From the NCBI GenBank assembly GCA_022768065.1, contig JALELS010000026.1, positions 8,961 through 72,960 on the forward strand: DNA of 64,000 bases, read 5' to 3'. Below are positions 8,765 through 17,933 of this stretch, in pieces; the first letter of the stretch is position 1; each line of letters opens with the position of its first letter. Source of the stretch: Ruminococcus sp. Its GTDB lineage: Bacteria; Bacillota; Clostridia; Oscillospirales; Acutalibacteraceae. Both the position numbers and the translations under genes were made by a program. Under the pieces are notes generated by a model. It made no database searches. It had not been told where the DNA came from and saw nothing but the letters and a program-made list of their open reading frames with translations.

Positions 8765-9633
8765 CAGTTAAGTTCCTTTCCTATTTCATCGGAGAGCCGT
8801 GAAAGTTCTTTCATTGAGAGCTTTTCCGCTCTCACCGTAGGTGACAGCCCCGCGCGCTCTATTGCCGCCGCGGCTTTTTCCTTAGGTATGCAAAGTCCGC
8901 CCGACAAGCCGTTTACAGCCGTTTTACGGCGCATTGAAAATGCCGCTTTGACCGTATTAAAAAATACTTTTTCACTCTTTGGGGTCACCCTTTTACCGTC
9001 AAGAAGCGTTAATTCAATCACTGCGCTGTCAACCTTAGGGCTGGGTATAAAGCTCTCTCTCGGGACGGGGAACAAAAGCCTTGCATCGGCATAATAATTT
9101 ACGCCTACCGTTACCGCGCCCGAATTTTTACCGCCGACTTCGGCACAAAATCTGTCTGCAGCCTCTTTTTGAACCATAACCACGATTTTTTTAAGAGGCA
9201 GCTGCTCGGACAGCAGCTTCATAATTACGGGCGAAGTGATATAATACGGCAAATTCGCACACACCGTCACTTCGCTGCAATCGGCAAACTTCTCGGATAT
9301 AAGCTTTTTTAAATCAAGCTTTAAAATATCGTCGTTTACTATTTCCACATTATTGCAGTCACCGAGCGTTTCGTAAAGCACCGGCAAGAGCCGCTTGTCA
9401 AGCTCTACCGAGACAACCTTTTTGGCGCGCTTTGAAAGCTCGCTCGTCAGCACCCCTATACCGGGGCCCACTTCAAGCACTCCGCAAGACTTGTCTTTTG
9501 CCGCGGCGTCCGCCATACGCGGACAAACGCTGCCGTCGATTAAAAAGTTTTGCCCGAGGGCTTTGGAAAACGCAAAACCGTGCCGCGAGAGAACGGACTT
9601 TACCGTATTTATATCGGCTAAATCAATAGACAT
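8764..9633 (-). CDS. rsmA: 16S rRNA (adenine1518/1519-N6)-dimethyltransferase
   Basis: KsgA motifs are present (FSKALGQNFL, VLEVGPGIGVLT, ANLPYYITSP). The ATG at 9633 avoids overlap with the upstream gene; the track start at 9681 is an extension. Confidence 0.9.
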   Translation of the reverse strand: MSIDLADINTVKSVLSRHGFAFSKALGQNFLIDGSVCPRMADAAAKDKSCGVLEVGPGIGVLTSELSKRAKKVVSVELDKRLLPVLYETLGDCNNVEIVNDDILKLDLKKLISEKFADCSEVTVCANLPYYITSPVIMKLLSEQLPLKKIVVMVQKEAADRFCAEVGGKNSGAVTVGVNYYADARLLFPVPRESFIPSPKVDSAVIELTLLDGKRVTPKSEKVFFNTVKAAFSMRRKTAVNGLSGGLCIPKEKAAAAIERAGLSPTVRAEKLSMKELSRLSDEIGKELN

Positions 9634-10834
9634 CTTTTTTAACCTTTTCGAGTCTTTCCATACCGAGTACGATATTTTCATCGGAGGGTGTGGTGTAATT
9701 CATACGGAAGCAGTTAGTGGTATCTCCGTCCTCCACCATAAATGCGGTGCCGGGAACAACAGCCACCTTTTCCTTAATGGCGCGCTTGACGAAGTCGAGC
9801 ATATCGATTTTTTCGGGAAGCTCGCACCAAACGAACATTCCGCCCTCGGGACGTACATACGAAACGAAGTCGCCGAGCTTTTCATCTATGAGGTCGCACA
9901 TAAGAGTCATCTTGCGGCGATAAATATCGCGGATTTTGCCTATATGTGCTTCAAAATCGGTGGTGCTCATCCACTCGTATACAAGCATCTGATTAAACAT
10001 TGCCGTGTGAACGTCCTGGCCCTGTTTGCAGACGGTCATTTTTGAGACTATCGGCTCGGGAGCTATTACGTAGGCAACACGAATACCGGGTGCCAAGACC
10101 TTTGAGAAAGAACCGGCGTATATAACGATACCGTCCTCATCCATACTCTTGACAGAGGGGATATTTTCACCCGACACGCGCAAATCGCCGTAGGGATTGT
10201 CCTCCAAAATCAATACGCCGTATTTTTTTGCAAGGGCATATAAAGTCTTTCTCTTTTCGAGCGACATGGTTCTGCCCGACGGATTTTGAAAATTGGGTAT
10301 AGTGTAAATGAAACGCACATTTTTATTTTCTTTAAGCACTTTTTCAAGGGCGTTCATATCCATTCCGTCAGCCTCAACAGGCACGCCCTTGAGTTTGCAG
10401 CCGTAAGAGCGAAAACAGTTAAGCGAGCCGATAAACGAGGGATTTTCACATACGATTATATCGCCGAAATTACAGAGTGATTTTGTAGCCAAGTCCATAA
10501 CCTGAGTAGCGCCGGAGGTTATGATAAGTTTATCGAAATCTCTTCCTATGTTGTTCTTTTTCTTCATATAATCGGCGACGGTTTTTCTGAGCGGCTCATA
10601 GCCCTCGGTAACGCCGTACTGAAGCGCCGTTATAGGCTCATCCTCAAAAATTTTTGCACTGATACGCCTTACATCGTCTACGGGGAACGCCGCGACGTCG
10701 GGATTTCCTGCGGCAAACGGAATTATTGCGGGGTCTGCCGTAGCCTTTAATATTTCACGGATTGCGGACGGCTGAAGAGCCGAAACCCTGTCTGAAAATA
10801 CATATTCCATAATATTTTGCATCTCCTTTGACAT
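9623..10834 (-). CDS. PLP-dependent aminotransferase (class I/II fold, 2-aminoadipate/aromatic aminotransferase-like)
   Basis: 403 aa with NPSGRT and the SFSK PLP-lysine motif (YAGSFSKVLAPGIRV). No N-terminal GntR HTH. Confidence 0.85.
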   Translation of the reverse strand: MSKEMQNIMEYVFSDRVSALQPSAIREILKATADPAIIPFAAGNPDVAAFPVDDVRRISAKIFEDEPITALQYGVTEGYEPLRKTVADYMKKKNNIGRDFDKLIITSGATQVMDLATKSLCNFGDIIVCENPSFIGSLNCFRSYGCKLKGVPVEADGMDMNALEKVLKENKNVRFIYTIPNFQNPSGRTMSLEKRKTLYALAKKYGVLILEDNPYGDLRVSGENIPSVKSMDEDGIVIYAGSFSKVLAPGIRVAYVIAPEPIVSKMTVCKQGQDVHTAMFNQMLVYEWMSTTDFEAHIGKIRDIYRRKMTLMCDLIDEKLGDFVSYVRPEGGMFVWCELPEKIDMLDFVKRAIKEKVAVVPGTAFMVEDGDTTNCFRMNYTTPSDENIVLGMERLEKVKKDVY

Positions 10835-10877
10835 TGATTATAACATAACGTGCCGAATATAACAAGCGCGGCGCGCA

Positions 10878-12128
10878 TTATTTAAGATACACCGAAAAGG
10901 TAATAAAGCCCTTTTCGGAGCAATCCGCCGAAATACTCCCCTTGTGCCCCTCGGCAATGCTTTTTGCCACGGACAGCCCTATGCCGAAGCCGCCCGTGGA
11001 AGCCGAACGGGATTTGTCGGGACGGTAAAATCTGTCGAACAGCTTTTCGCAATCACCCTCGCTTATATCATCACATCTGTTGCGTGTTTTTATAATTACG
11101 CCCTTTTTATGCCGTGCAACCGAAATATCAATTTCGGAGTTATCCGCAGCATATTTAACGGCATTGTCGAGCAGTATAGAGACCAACTGTCTTACGGCGT
11201 ATTCGTCGCCGTTATACATAATGCCGTTTTCCGCACTTATATTCAGCTTATGATTTTTTTGCTCGGCAAAATCCGAAAACGACTCGGCGGTTTCAAGAAC
11301 AGCCGAGCTTATATCAAATTCCGAAAACTTCAGCATCTCCTGTTCCTCGTCCGCCTTAGAAAGCGTCACGAGCGAATTGACAAGCTCCGTAAGCTTTTCT
11401 GTCTGGGAGCGTGCTTTATCTATCCATTTGTTGCTGCCTATCTCCATTTCGAGAACGGAGAGACTTGTTGCTATCACGGTTATCGGCGTTTTGAGCTCAT
11501 GGCCGGCATCCGTCACAAACTGTTTTTGGCGCAAAGAGCTTTTTACAACGGGGTCAATGGCTCTGCGCGACGAGAGCACCACGGTAACATACACGATAAG
11601 AATACATACTGCCGCCGCCGCCAAGGAAATCGCCGCCGTGGAGTATACGGAACGCATATCTTGGTAGCAGTCGAGAAAGATTGCCATATTTCGGTTTTCG
11701 CCCACGGACAGCACATAAAACTTATATCCCTTGAAGCGTGAAAAGCCGCTGCCCTTTTTAAGCGCGGCATCGAGGTACTCGCCGGTATCGTCCGCGGTTA
11801 CGGACGCTATGTTTGAGAGCTCCGCACGGGTTAAATTGCCGTCGTTGTCAAATCTCAATATAAAATAGCGTGTCGTATACGGCGTTTCCGCGGTAAATTG
11901 TCCTTTTTTCGGCTCTTCCGTCGGTTCTTTGCCGTGTTCGTCTTTTGCGCCCGGCGGTGCGGACGGCACTCTGCCGCTGTTTTCACTTATTGCGGTCAGC
12001 ATTTTCTTTTCCTCGGAGTTAACCGATATAAAGTTCGCAATATTTACCGTAAGGCATAGCAAAAGCATTACCGCCGTTACTGACAGCATGGTTATGCGTA
12101 TGAATTTTTTACGTAGTTTCTTTATCAT
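10878..12128 (-). CDS. Sensor histidine kinase (2 TM, HisKA + HATPase_c)
   Basis: H-box DAGHELKTPIT, N-box LLDNAVKYA, G-boxes DRFYR and GGFGIGLSVA, and two hydrophobic segments. Overlaps the response regulator gene by 20 nt. Confidence 0.9.
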   Translation of the reverse strand: MIKKLRKKFIRITMLSVTAVMLLLCLTVNIANFISVNSEEKKMLTAISENSGRVPSAPPGAKDEHGKEPTEEPKKGQFTAETPYTTRYFILRFDNDGNLTRAELSNIASVTADDTGEYLDAALKKGSGFSRFKGYKFYVLSVGENRNMAIFLDCYQDMRSVYSTAAISLAAAAVCILIVYVTVVLSSRRAIDPVVKSSLRQKQFVTDAGHELKTPITVIATSLSVLEMEIGSNKWIDKARSQTEKLTELVNSLVTLSKADEEQEMLKFSEFDISSAVLETAESFSDFAEQKNHKLNISAENGIMYNGDEYAVRQLVSILLDNAVKYAADNSEIDISVARHKKGVIIKTRNRCDDISEGDCEKLFDRFYRPDKSRSASTGGFGIGLSVAKSIAEGHKGSISADCSEKGFITFSVYLK

Positions 12129-12798
12129 TGTTTTCCTCTAACACATAGCCGAGACCGCGGTTTGCGCGTATAGTCACGGCGGAATTTACGGCGTTCATTT
12201 TTTTGCGCAAATTTGAAATATGCACCCAAACGACGTTGATTTCGGCGTCGCTCGCATATCCCCACACGCGCTCCATTATTCGCTCCGCGGAGAACACCTG
12301 TTTCGGCGACAGCATAAACAATTCCATAACGCGAAATTCCCTGCCGCTCAGTCTTACGCTCTTATCTTTGCAGAAAAGCTCGCCGCTTGAGGTATCGAGC
12401 TTTAAATCGCCGAAAGACAGCACGTCGGGCTTATAGTTGCCGCCGCGCCGCATCATAGCTCTGACTCTGCAAATCAGCTCGTCAGGTTCAAAGGGCTTCG
12501 GCAGATAATCGTCGGCGCCTGCATTAAAGCCTGTTATCCTGTCATCCTTGGCATTTTTTGCCGTAAGCATCATAACGGGAGCATTAACGCCCTCGTCACG
12601 AAGTTTTTGAAGCACCTCAAATCCGTCCATTTTAGGCATCATAACGTCTAAAATCACGGCGTCATAGTCGCCCGATACGGCATATTCGTAGGCGGAAAAG
12701 CCGTCGTTTACCGTATCAACGGCGAATCCGTTTTTTTCAAAAAATACGGTGAGAGCCTCTGCAAGGTCGGGCTCATCCTCCGCTATTAAAAGCTGCAT
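12109..12798 (-). CDS. OmpR-family response regulator
   Basis: Receiver domain (LLIAEDEPDL, ILDVMMPKMDG, LTAK) plus a winged-helix C-terminus (LSGREFRVMELF, IRANRGLGY). ATG at 12798 with AAAGGAG 8 nt upstream. Confidence 0.9.
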   Translation of the reverse strand: MQLLIAEDEPDLAEALTVFFEKNGFAVDTVNDGFSAYEYAVSGDYDAVILDVMMPKMDGFEVLQKLRDEGVNAPVMMLTAKNAKDDRITGFNAGADDYLPKPFEPDELICRVRAMMRRGGNYKPDVLSFGDLKLDTSSGELFCKDKSVRLSGREFRVMELFMLSPKQVFSAERIMERVWGYASDAEINVVWVHISNLRKKMNAVNSAVTIRANRGLGYVLEENNDKETT

Positions 12799-12991
12799 AA
12801 TACGCACTCCTTTAAAATCCGAAAAACGCTGCGGTTTTTACCTGCCGCAACGGACGGGCAGAATACTTTTATATATTGTATGGGAACTACCTTAAGCGAA
12901 CCTAAAGAAAATAAATTTATCTCTTTAAGTAAATTTTAGTTTCGGCTTATATTCTTGTGTTGCAAAGCAAAGATGAAAGGAGCTGTGCACC

Positions 12992-14824
12992 ATGAAAAAA
13001 GCAATCTCAATTATATGCACATTACTGTTACTCGCCTTTACGCTGTCCTCCTGCACAAAGGCAAACACCGAATATGCGGGAAAGACCGTGACAGGCAAAA
13101 TAACCTCAATCGACAAAAGCACCGTTACGCTGGCTCTCGGTGAAATAAGCGAAAATACCGAGATGCCGTCGCCGCCGAGCGATGGCGGTCAAAGCGATAA
13201 CGGACAGGGCGACAGCAAAGCACCGCCCGAAAAACCCGACAACGATTCGCAAAACGGAGAAACTCCTCCCGAAAAGCCCGACGGCGATTCGCAAAACGGG
13301 GAAACTCCTCCCGAAAAGCCCAGCGGCGATTCTTCGGATTCATCCGCCGACAAAAACGCACCGAACGGCGACACAGACAATGCACCGAGCGGCGGCGCTC
13401 CGGGCGGAAATGTTCCCGGCACGGGCGCACCCGGCAAAGCCGTATTTACCGAAAGCGGCGAAACGGCAGAAGTAAGCCTCAAAAAAGCCACCGTCACCGA
13501 GGCTTCGCAAAATATTGAAATAAGCGCCCTCTCCGTAGGCGATATTATAACCGTCACATTTGACGACAAAGGCAAAGCGACAAGTGCCGAAAAAGTAAAT
13601 TCCGAAAACGGCAATTCGTCTTCCGCAGCCGACAGCACCGCAAAAAGCGCCAATACCATAGACTCCGACGGCACATACTCCGATACGGCGTATTATTCCG
13701 TGGGCGATGACGAAAATGCGCTTTTGATTGACGGCAAAACTGTAACGCTTGAAAATATCACCGTCAACAAATCGGCAGGCGCCTCGTCAAATACGGAAAA
13801 CGGTGATTTTTACGGTATAAACGCGGCCGTGCTCGTAAAGGGCGGCGCAGTTGTCGACATTAAAAACGCCACAGTAAGCTCTTCGGCACAAAACGGCAAC
13901 GGTGTATTTTGCTACGGCAGCGGCACGACGGTCAATATTTCCGATTCGACCATAACAACCACAGCCGATAATTCCGGCGGAATCCAGACTACGGGCGGCG
14001 GAACGACAAATGCCGAAAACCTGACCGTAAGCACCGCCGGCAACTCCTCGGCTGCCATTCGCTCCGACCGCGGCGGCGGAACGGTCAACGTTACGGGCGG
14101 CACATACAAAAGCAGCGGCTACAATTCGCCTGCGGTATATTCAACAGCCGCCATCACCGTAAAAGACGCTGTTCTGACAGCCGAAAACTCCGAGGCGCTC
14201 GTTATAGAGGGCGAAAACTCCATCTCTCTTACAAACTGCACCGTGAGCGGAAATATGAGCGATACCAAAGGCACAAGTTCCGATGAAAACGTGCACAATG
14301 TTATGATATATCAGTCGATGTCGGGCGACGCAAATGTAGGCACTTCGTCTTTTGCGATGGACGGCGGAACGCTGACATCATATAACGGCGATATGTTTTA
14401 CATCACAAACACGGTCTGCAAAATGTCTCTTTCGGGAGTAACCCTCACTAACAACGACCCCGACGCCCTTTTAATGAATGTGACCGGCAACTCCGCTTCG
14501 CACGGCTGGGGTACAGCAGGCAAAAACGGCGCGGACGTCACATTTACCGCGAACGCGCAAGTCTTAGAGGGCAAAATAAGAGTAGACACAATATCAAAGC
14601 TCAATATGACCCTTTCGGGCGGCAGTATATTTACGGGTTCTGTAAATATAGAAAACAACAATGAGGGCGGCGAAGCCGTCGCAAACAATGCGGTAATTAC
14701 AATTGACAGCGGATGCACGTGGAATCTCACCGCCGACTGCACCGTAACGAGCCTTACAAACAACGGCACGATAAACTTTAACGGCCACACAATCACTCTT
14801 GCCGACGGAACTGTTCTCTCATAA
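12992..14824 (+). CDS. Secreted lipoprotein with tandem acidic/proline repeats and C-terminal parallel beta-helix-like domain
   Basis: Signal peptide plus lipobox (LLLAFTLSSC). Contains a PPEKPDxDSQNGET repeat. The C-terminal ~400 aa is rich in short G/N/T/S-rich beta-strand repeats (TVNISDSTITT, GGTVNVTGGTY and similar). Confidence 0.75.
   Translation: MKKAISIICTLLLLAFTLSSCTKANTEYAGKTVTGKITSIDKSTVTLALGEISENTEMPSPPSDGGQSDNGQGDSKAPPEKPDNDSQNGETPPEKPDGDSQNGETPPEKPSGDSSDSSADKNAPNGDTDNAPSGGAPGGNVPGTGAPGKAVFTESGETAEVSLKKATVTEASQNIEISALSVGDIITVTFDDKGKATSAEKVNSENGNSSSAADSTAKSANTIDSDGTYSDTAYYSVGDDENALLIDGKTVTLENITVNKSAGASSNTENGDFYGINAAVLVKGGAVVDIKNATVSSSAQNGNGVFCYGSGTTVNISDSTITTTADNSGGIQTTGGGTTNAENLTVSTAGNSSAAIRSDRGGGTVNVTGGTYKSSGYNSPAVYSTAAITVKDAVLTAENSEALVIEGENSISLTNCTVSGNMSDTKGTSSDENVHNVMIYQSMSGDANVGTSSFAMDGGTLTSYNGDMFYITNTVCKMSLSGVTLTNNDPDALLMNVTGNSASHGWGTAGKNGADVTFTANAQVLEGKIRVDTISKLNMTLSGGSIFTGSVNIENNNEGGEAVANNAVITIDSGCTWNLTADCTVTSLTNNGTINFNGHTITLADGTVLS
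13223..13333 (+). repeat. 42-bp tandem coding repeat (about 2.6 copies) inside the lipoprotein gene
   Basis: The unit CCGCCCGAAAAACCCGACAACGATTCGCAAAACGGAGAAACT is repeated with a few substitutions, encoding PPEKPDNDSQNGET / PPEKPDGDSQNGET / PPEKPSGDSSDSS. Confidence 0.85.
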
Positions 14825-14857
14825 AAATGCGGTATCCGACAATTTCTTCGGATACTG

Positions 14858-14900
14858 AAAAGACGGATGCAAAACATCGGTTTTTCATCCGTCTTTTTTT
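14858..14900. terminator. Bidirectional terminator between the lipoprotein gene and nrdG
   Basis: AAAAGACGGATG-loop-CATCCGTCTTTTTTT. A second small hairpin lies at 14832-14855 (GTATCCGA...TCGGATAC). Confidence 0.7.
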
Positions 14901-15417
14901 ATTTGTCCCACAGGACTATTTTACCCTCTTTTCGCGTTTTGTTCATATCAATAAGCCTTTGATTTTCACTTCCGCGAAATCTTAATGAGATATTTCTTTT
15001 TTCCTCTACGAATTCGCCGTCAACAAGCACGTCGAGCATCGAGAGAATTTCTTTTGTGACCTCGCACACGGCGCGGCTGTCGCCCGTCAGCTCTTCATAG
15101 GTGTAACCCGAAAAGCTCCACACGGTCTTTTGCGGCAATTCTTTTTTTATGCGCCGAAGCAGCTTTACTATCTCGCGCTGATTTTCCGGCTCAAACGGTT
15201 CGCCGCCGAGAAGAGTTATGCCGTCAACATAATCGGGCTTTAAGGACTCAATTATTTCGTCCTCGGTCTCTTTTGTGTACTTTTCGCCGTAATCGAAATT
15301 CCACGTTTCGGGTTGAAAGCAGCCCTTGCAGTGGTGTGTACAGCCCGATACAAAAAGCACCGTCCGCACACCCACTCCGTTTGCGATGTCACATTTTTTT
15401 ATAGCACCGTAATTCAT
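14899..15417 (-). CDS. nrdG: Anaerobic ribonucleoside-triphosphate reductase activating protein (radical SAM)
   Basis: 172 aa with a CTHHCKGCFQ radical-SAM cluster motif. Sits directly downstream of nrdD; its start overlaps the nrdD stop. Confidence 0.9.
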   Translation of the reverse strand: MNYGAIKKCDIANGVGVRTVLFVSGCTHHCKGCFQPETWNFDYGEKYTKETEDEIIESLKPDYVDGITLLGGEPFEPENQREIVKLLRRIKKELPQKTVWSFSGYTYEELTGDSRAVCEVTKEILSMLDVLVDGEFVEEKRNISLRFRGSENQRLIDMNKTRKEGKIVLWDK

Positions 15418-17600
15418 TACAGATGAAGCACTCTCTCTTTGATTTCCTGAGTTCTGCCCTGATTCCAGAACTGAGAACCGATATAGCCGCAGGTACGTCT
15501 TGCGACATTCATCTTTGACTGATCTTCATTGCCGCAGTTGGGGCAGCGCCACACAAGCTTGCCGTCCTCCTCGACTATCTGTATTTCTCCGTCATAGCCG
15601 CACACCTGGCAATAATCCGACTTTGTATTAAGCTCGGCGTACATAATATTGTTGTAAATAAATTTCATTACCTCAAGTACCGCCGGGATATTCTGCTGCA
15701 TATTGGGCACCTCGACATACGAAATGGCGCCGCCCGGTGAGAGCTTTTGGAATTTGGATTCGAGCGCGAGCTTGCTGAATGCGTCTATTTTTTCGGTAAC
15801 GTGGATGTGATAGGAATTTGTAATGTAGTTCCTGTCGGTAACGCCCTTTATAATTCCGAAACGCTTCTGAAGGCATTTGGCGAATTTGTATGTTGTGGAT
15901 TCAAGAGGCGTGCCGTAAATCGAATAGTCTATATTCTCTGCGGCTTTCCACTCGGCGCAGGCGTCATTAAGCCTTTGCATAACGCGCAGACCGAACTCCT
16001 CGCCCTCTTTTTCGGTTAATTTTTTGCCTGTTATCTCGTAAACGCACTCCCAAAGACCCGCATAGCCGAGCGAAAGCGTTGAGTAACCGCCGTGAAGCAG
16101 TTTATCGATGGGCTCGCCCTTTTTAAGTCTTGCAAGCGCGCCGTACTGCCAAAGAATGGGCGCCGCGTCGGAGAGAGTTCCCTCAAGTCTTTCATGGCGG
16201 CACTGAAGGGCTCTGTGGCAAAGCTCAAGTCTTTCATCGAGAACTTTCCAGAATTTTTCTTCGTCCTTACCGCCGCGGCAGGCTGTGCAGGCAACATCGA
16301 CAAGGTTTATGGTTACGACGCCCTGATTGAATCTGCCGTAATACTTGGGCTTGCCGTTTTCATCGACATACGGAGTTAAGAAGCTGCGGCATCCCATGCA
16401 GGTATAGCAGTTGCCGTTTCCGTTTTTATCGATTTTAAGTTCAAGCATAATTTTTTCCGAAATGTAGTCGGGAACCATTCTCTTTGCGGTACATTCAGCC
16501 GCAAGCTTTGTGAGATACCAGAATCTCGAATCCTCGGAAATATTATCTTCTTCAAGCACGTAAATAAGCTTCGGGAACGCGGGAGTAACCCAAACGCCCA
16601 CCTCATTTTTGGTGCCTTTGATGCGCTGTTTTAAAACTTCCTCGATTATTATTGCAAGGTCCTTTTTCTCCTGCTCGTTTTTAGCCTCGTTAAGATACAT
16701 AAACACGGTTACAAACGGTGCCTGACCGTTTGTGGTGAGGAGAGTTACAACCTGGTACTGTATGGTCTGAACGCCTCGTTTAATCTCGTCGCGCACGCGT
16801 TTTTCGACAAGGCTTTTAACCTGCTCGTCATCTGCTTCAATGCCGAATTCTTCCATCTCGGCTCTTACCTGACGCGTTATCTTTTCGCGTGAAATCTGGA
16901 CGAACGGAGCCAGATGCGCAAGCGAAATAGACTGACCGCCGTACTGATTTGAAGCGACCTGAGCTATTATTTGCGTAGCTATATTGCACGCCGTGGAGAA
17001 CGAATGGGGTTTTTCTATCATGGTGCCCGAAATAACCGTTCCGTTCTGAAGCATATCCTCCAAATTTACAAGGTCGCAGTTGTGCATATGCTGAGCGAAA
17101 TAGTCGGCGTCGTGGAAGTGAATAAGGCCCTCTTCGTGAGCCTTTACTATATCTTCGGGAAGAAGGATTCTCTTGGTTAAATCCTTGCTGACTTCGCCTG
17201 CCATATAGTCACGCTGAACCGAGTTTACGGTAGGGTTCTTATTTGAATTTTCCTGTTTAACCTCTTCATTGTTGCACTCGATAAGAGATAATATCTGATT
17301 GTCGGTGGTATTTGAGGCACGGGCAAGGTTTCTGGTGAAACGATAGCGGATATATCTCTTGGCGGTTTCGGGCGCGCCCTGCAAAATGATGTGTGTTTCA
17401 ACAAGCTCCTGTATTTCTTCTACGGAGAGCGCACGGTTCATTTCGTTGCAGTGATCCTCTATAACAAGAGAGATATAATCTATCTGCCTGTCGGTAAGCT
17501 CCGGTGTGCCGTCGGTCTCGTTATTCGCCTTGGCTATGGCGTCTTTTATCTTTTGACGGTCAAATGTCTCTTCGGCGCCGTTTCTCTTAATGATTTTCAT
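15417..17600 (-). CDS. nrdD: Anaerobic ribonucleoside-triphosphate reductase (class III)
   Basis: 727 aa with an N-terminal ATP-cone (MKIIKRNGAEETFDRQKI), a C-terminal Zn ribbon (CQVCGY...CPNCG) and the glycyl-radical motif RRTCGYIG. Confidence 0.95.
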   Translation of the reverse strand: MKIIKRNGAEETFDRQKIKDAIAKANNETDGTPELTDRQIDYISLVIEDHCNEMNRALSVEEIQELVETHIILQGAPETAKRYIRYRFTRNLARASNTTDNQILSLIECNNEEVKQENSNKNPTVNSVQRDYMAGEVSKDLTKRILLPEDIVKAHEEGLIHFHDADYFAQHMHNCDLVNLEDMLQNGTVISGTMIEKPHSFSTACNIATQIIAQVASNQYGGQSISLAHLAPFVQISREKITRQVRAEMEEFGIEADDEQVKSLVEKRVRDEIKRGVQTIQYQVVTLLTTNGQAPFVTVFMYLNEAKNEQEKKDLAIIIEEVLKQRIKGTKNEVGVWVTPAFPKLIYVLEEDNISEDSRFWYLTKLAAECTAKRMVPDYISEKIMLELKIDKNGNGNCYTCMGCRSFLTPYVDENGKPKYYGRFNQGVVTINLVDVACTACRGGKDEEKFWKVLDERLELCHRALQCRHERLEGTLSDAAPILWQYGALARLKKGEPIDKLLHGGYSTLSLGYAGLWECVYEITGKKLTEKEGEEFGLRVMQRLNDACAEWKAAENIDYSIYGTPLESTTYKFAKCLQKRFGIIKGVTDRNYITNSYHIHVTEKIDAFSKLALESKFQKLSPGGAISYVEVPNMQQNIPAVLEVMKFIYNNIMYAELNTKSDYCQVCGYDGEIQIVEEDGKLVWRCPNCGNEDQSKMNVARRTCGYIGSQFWNQGRTQEIKERVLHL

Positions 17601-17714
17601 TATTCCTGCCCCTTTTGCGATTGGTTTATATACATTTATTTTCGCGCAGTTATATATTTTGTCGCGTTACAGTTATATATATTACTACACGTGATTTCTT
17701 TTTGCAATAGTAAA

Positions 17715-17771
17715 ACACAATATCTATGATTTTTTTGAGGATTTTTCAGTTTTAACAACTATATATTGTGA
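17715..17771 (-). promoter_or_regulatory. Two candidate NrdR boxes upstream of nrdD
   Basis: In gene orientation, TCACAATATATAGTTG (17771-17756) matches the published 16-bp NrdR-box consensus acaCwAtATaTwGtgt at 13/16 positions, and ATCATAGATATTGTGT (17730-17715) matches at 12/16. The starts are 41 bp apart, about 4 helical turns. Confidence 0.5.
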
Positions 17772-17891
17772 TAGTTTTTAACTAAAATCACTCTTTGCAC
17801 AAAAATGTAAAACACCTTTTGTGCAACATAAACATTAAAATTCGACAATGTTTTCGCCGCATTAAAAGTGTCGCAAAAAGAAAAATCGGAC

Positions 17892-17920
17892 AAAAAAAGA
17901 GCCGCCCAAAGGCGGCTCTC
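17892..17920 (-). terminator. Rho-independent terminator of fba
   Basis: Minus strand reads GAGCCGCC-TTTG-GGCGGCTC followed by TTTTTTT, 14 nt after the fba stop. Confidence 0.78.
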
Positions 17921-17933
17921 GATTTTTCTGAAA

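Noticed and set aside
10944-11741. 265-aa plus-strand ORF
   Set aside because: Antisense to the sensor histidine kinase, which has clear H, N and G boxes.
13106-13674. Minus-strand ORFs (62-161 aa) within the lipoprotein repeat region
   Set aside because: Antisense to the repeat-rich linker. The open frames arise from the biased Pro/Glu/Lys codon repeats.
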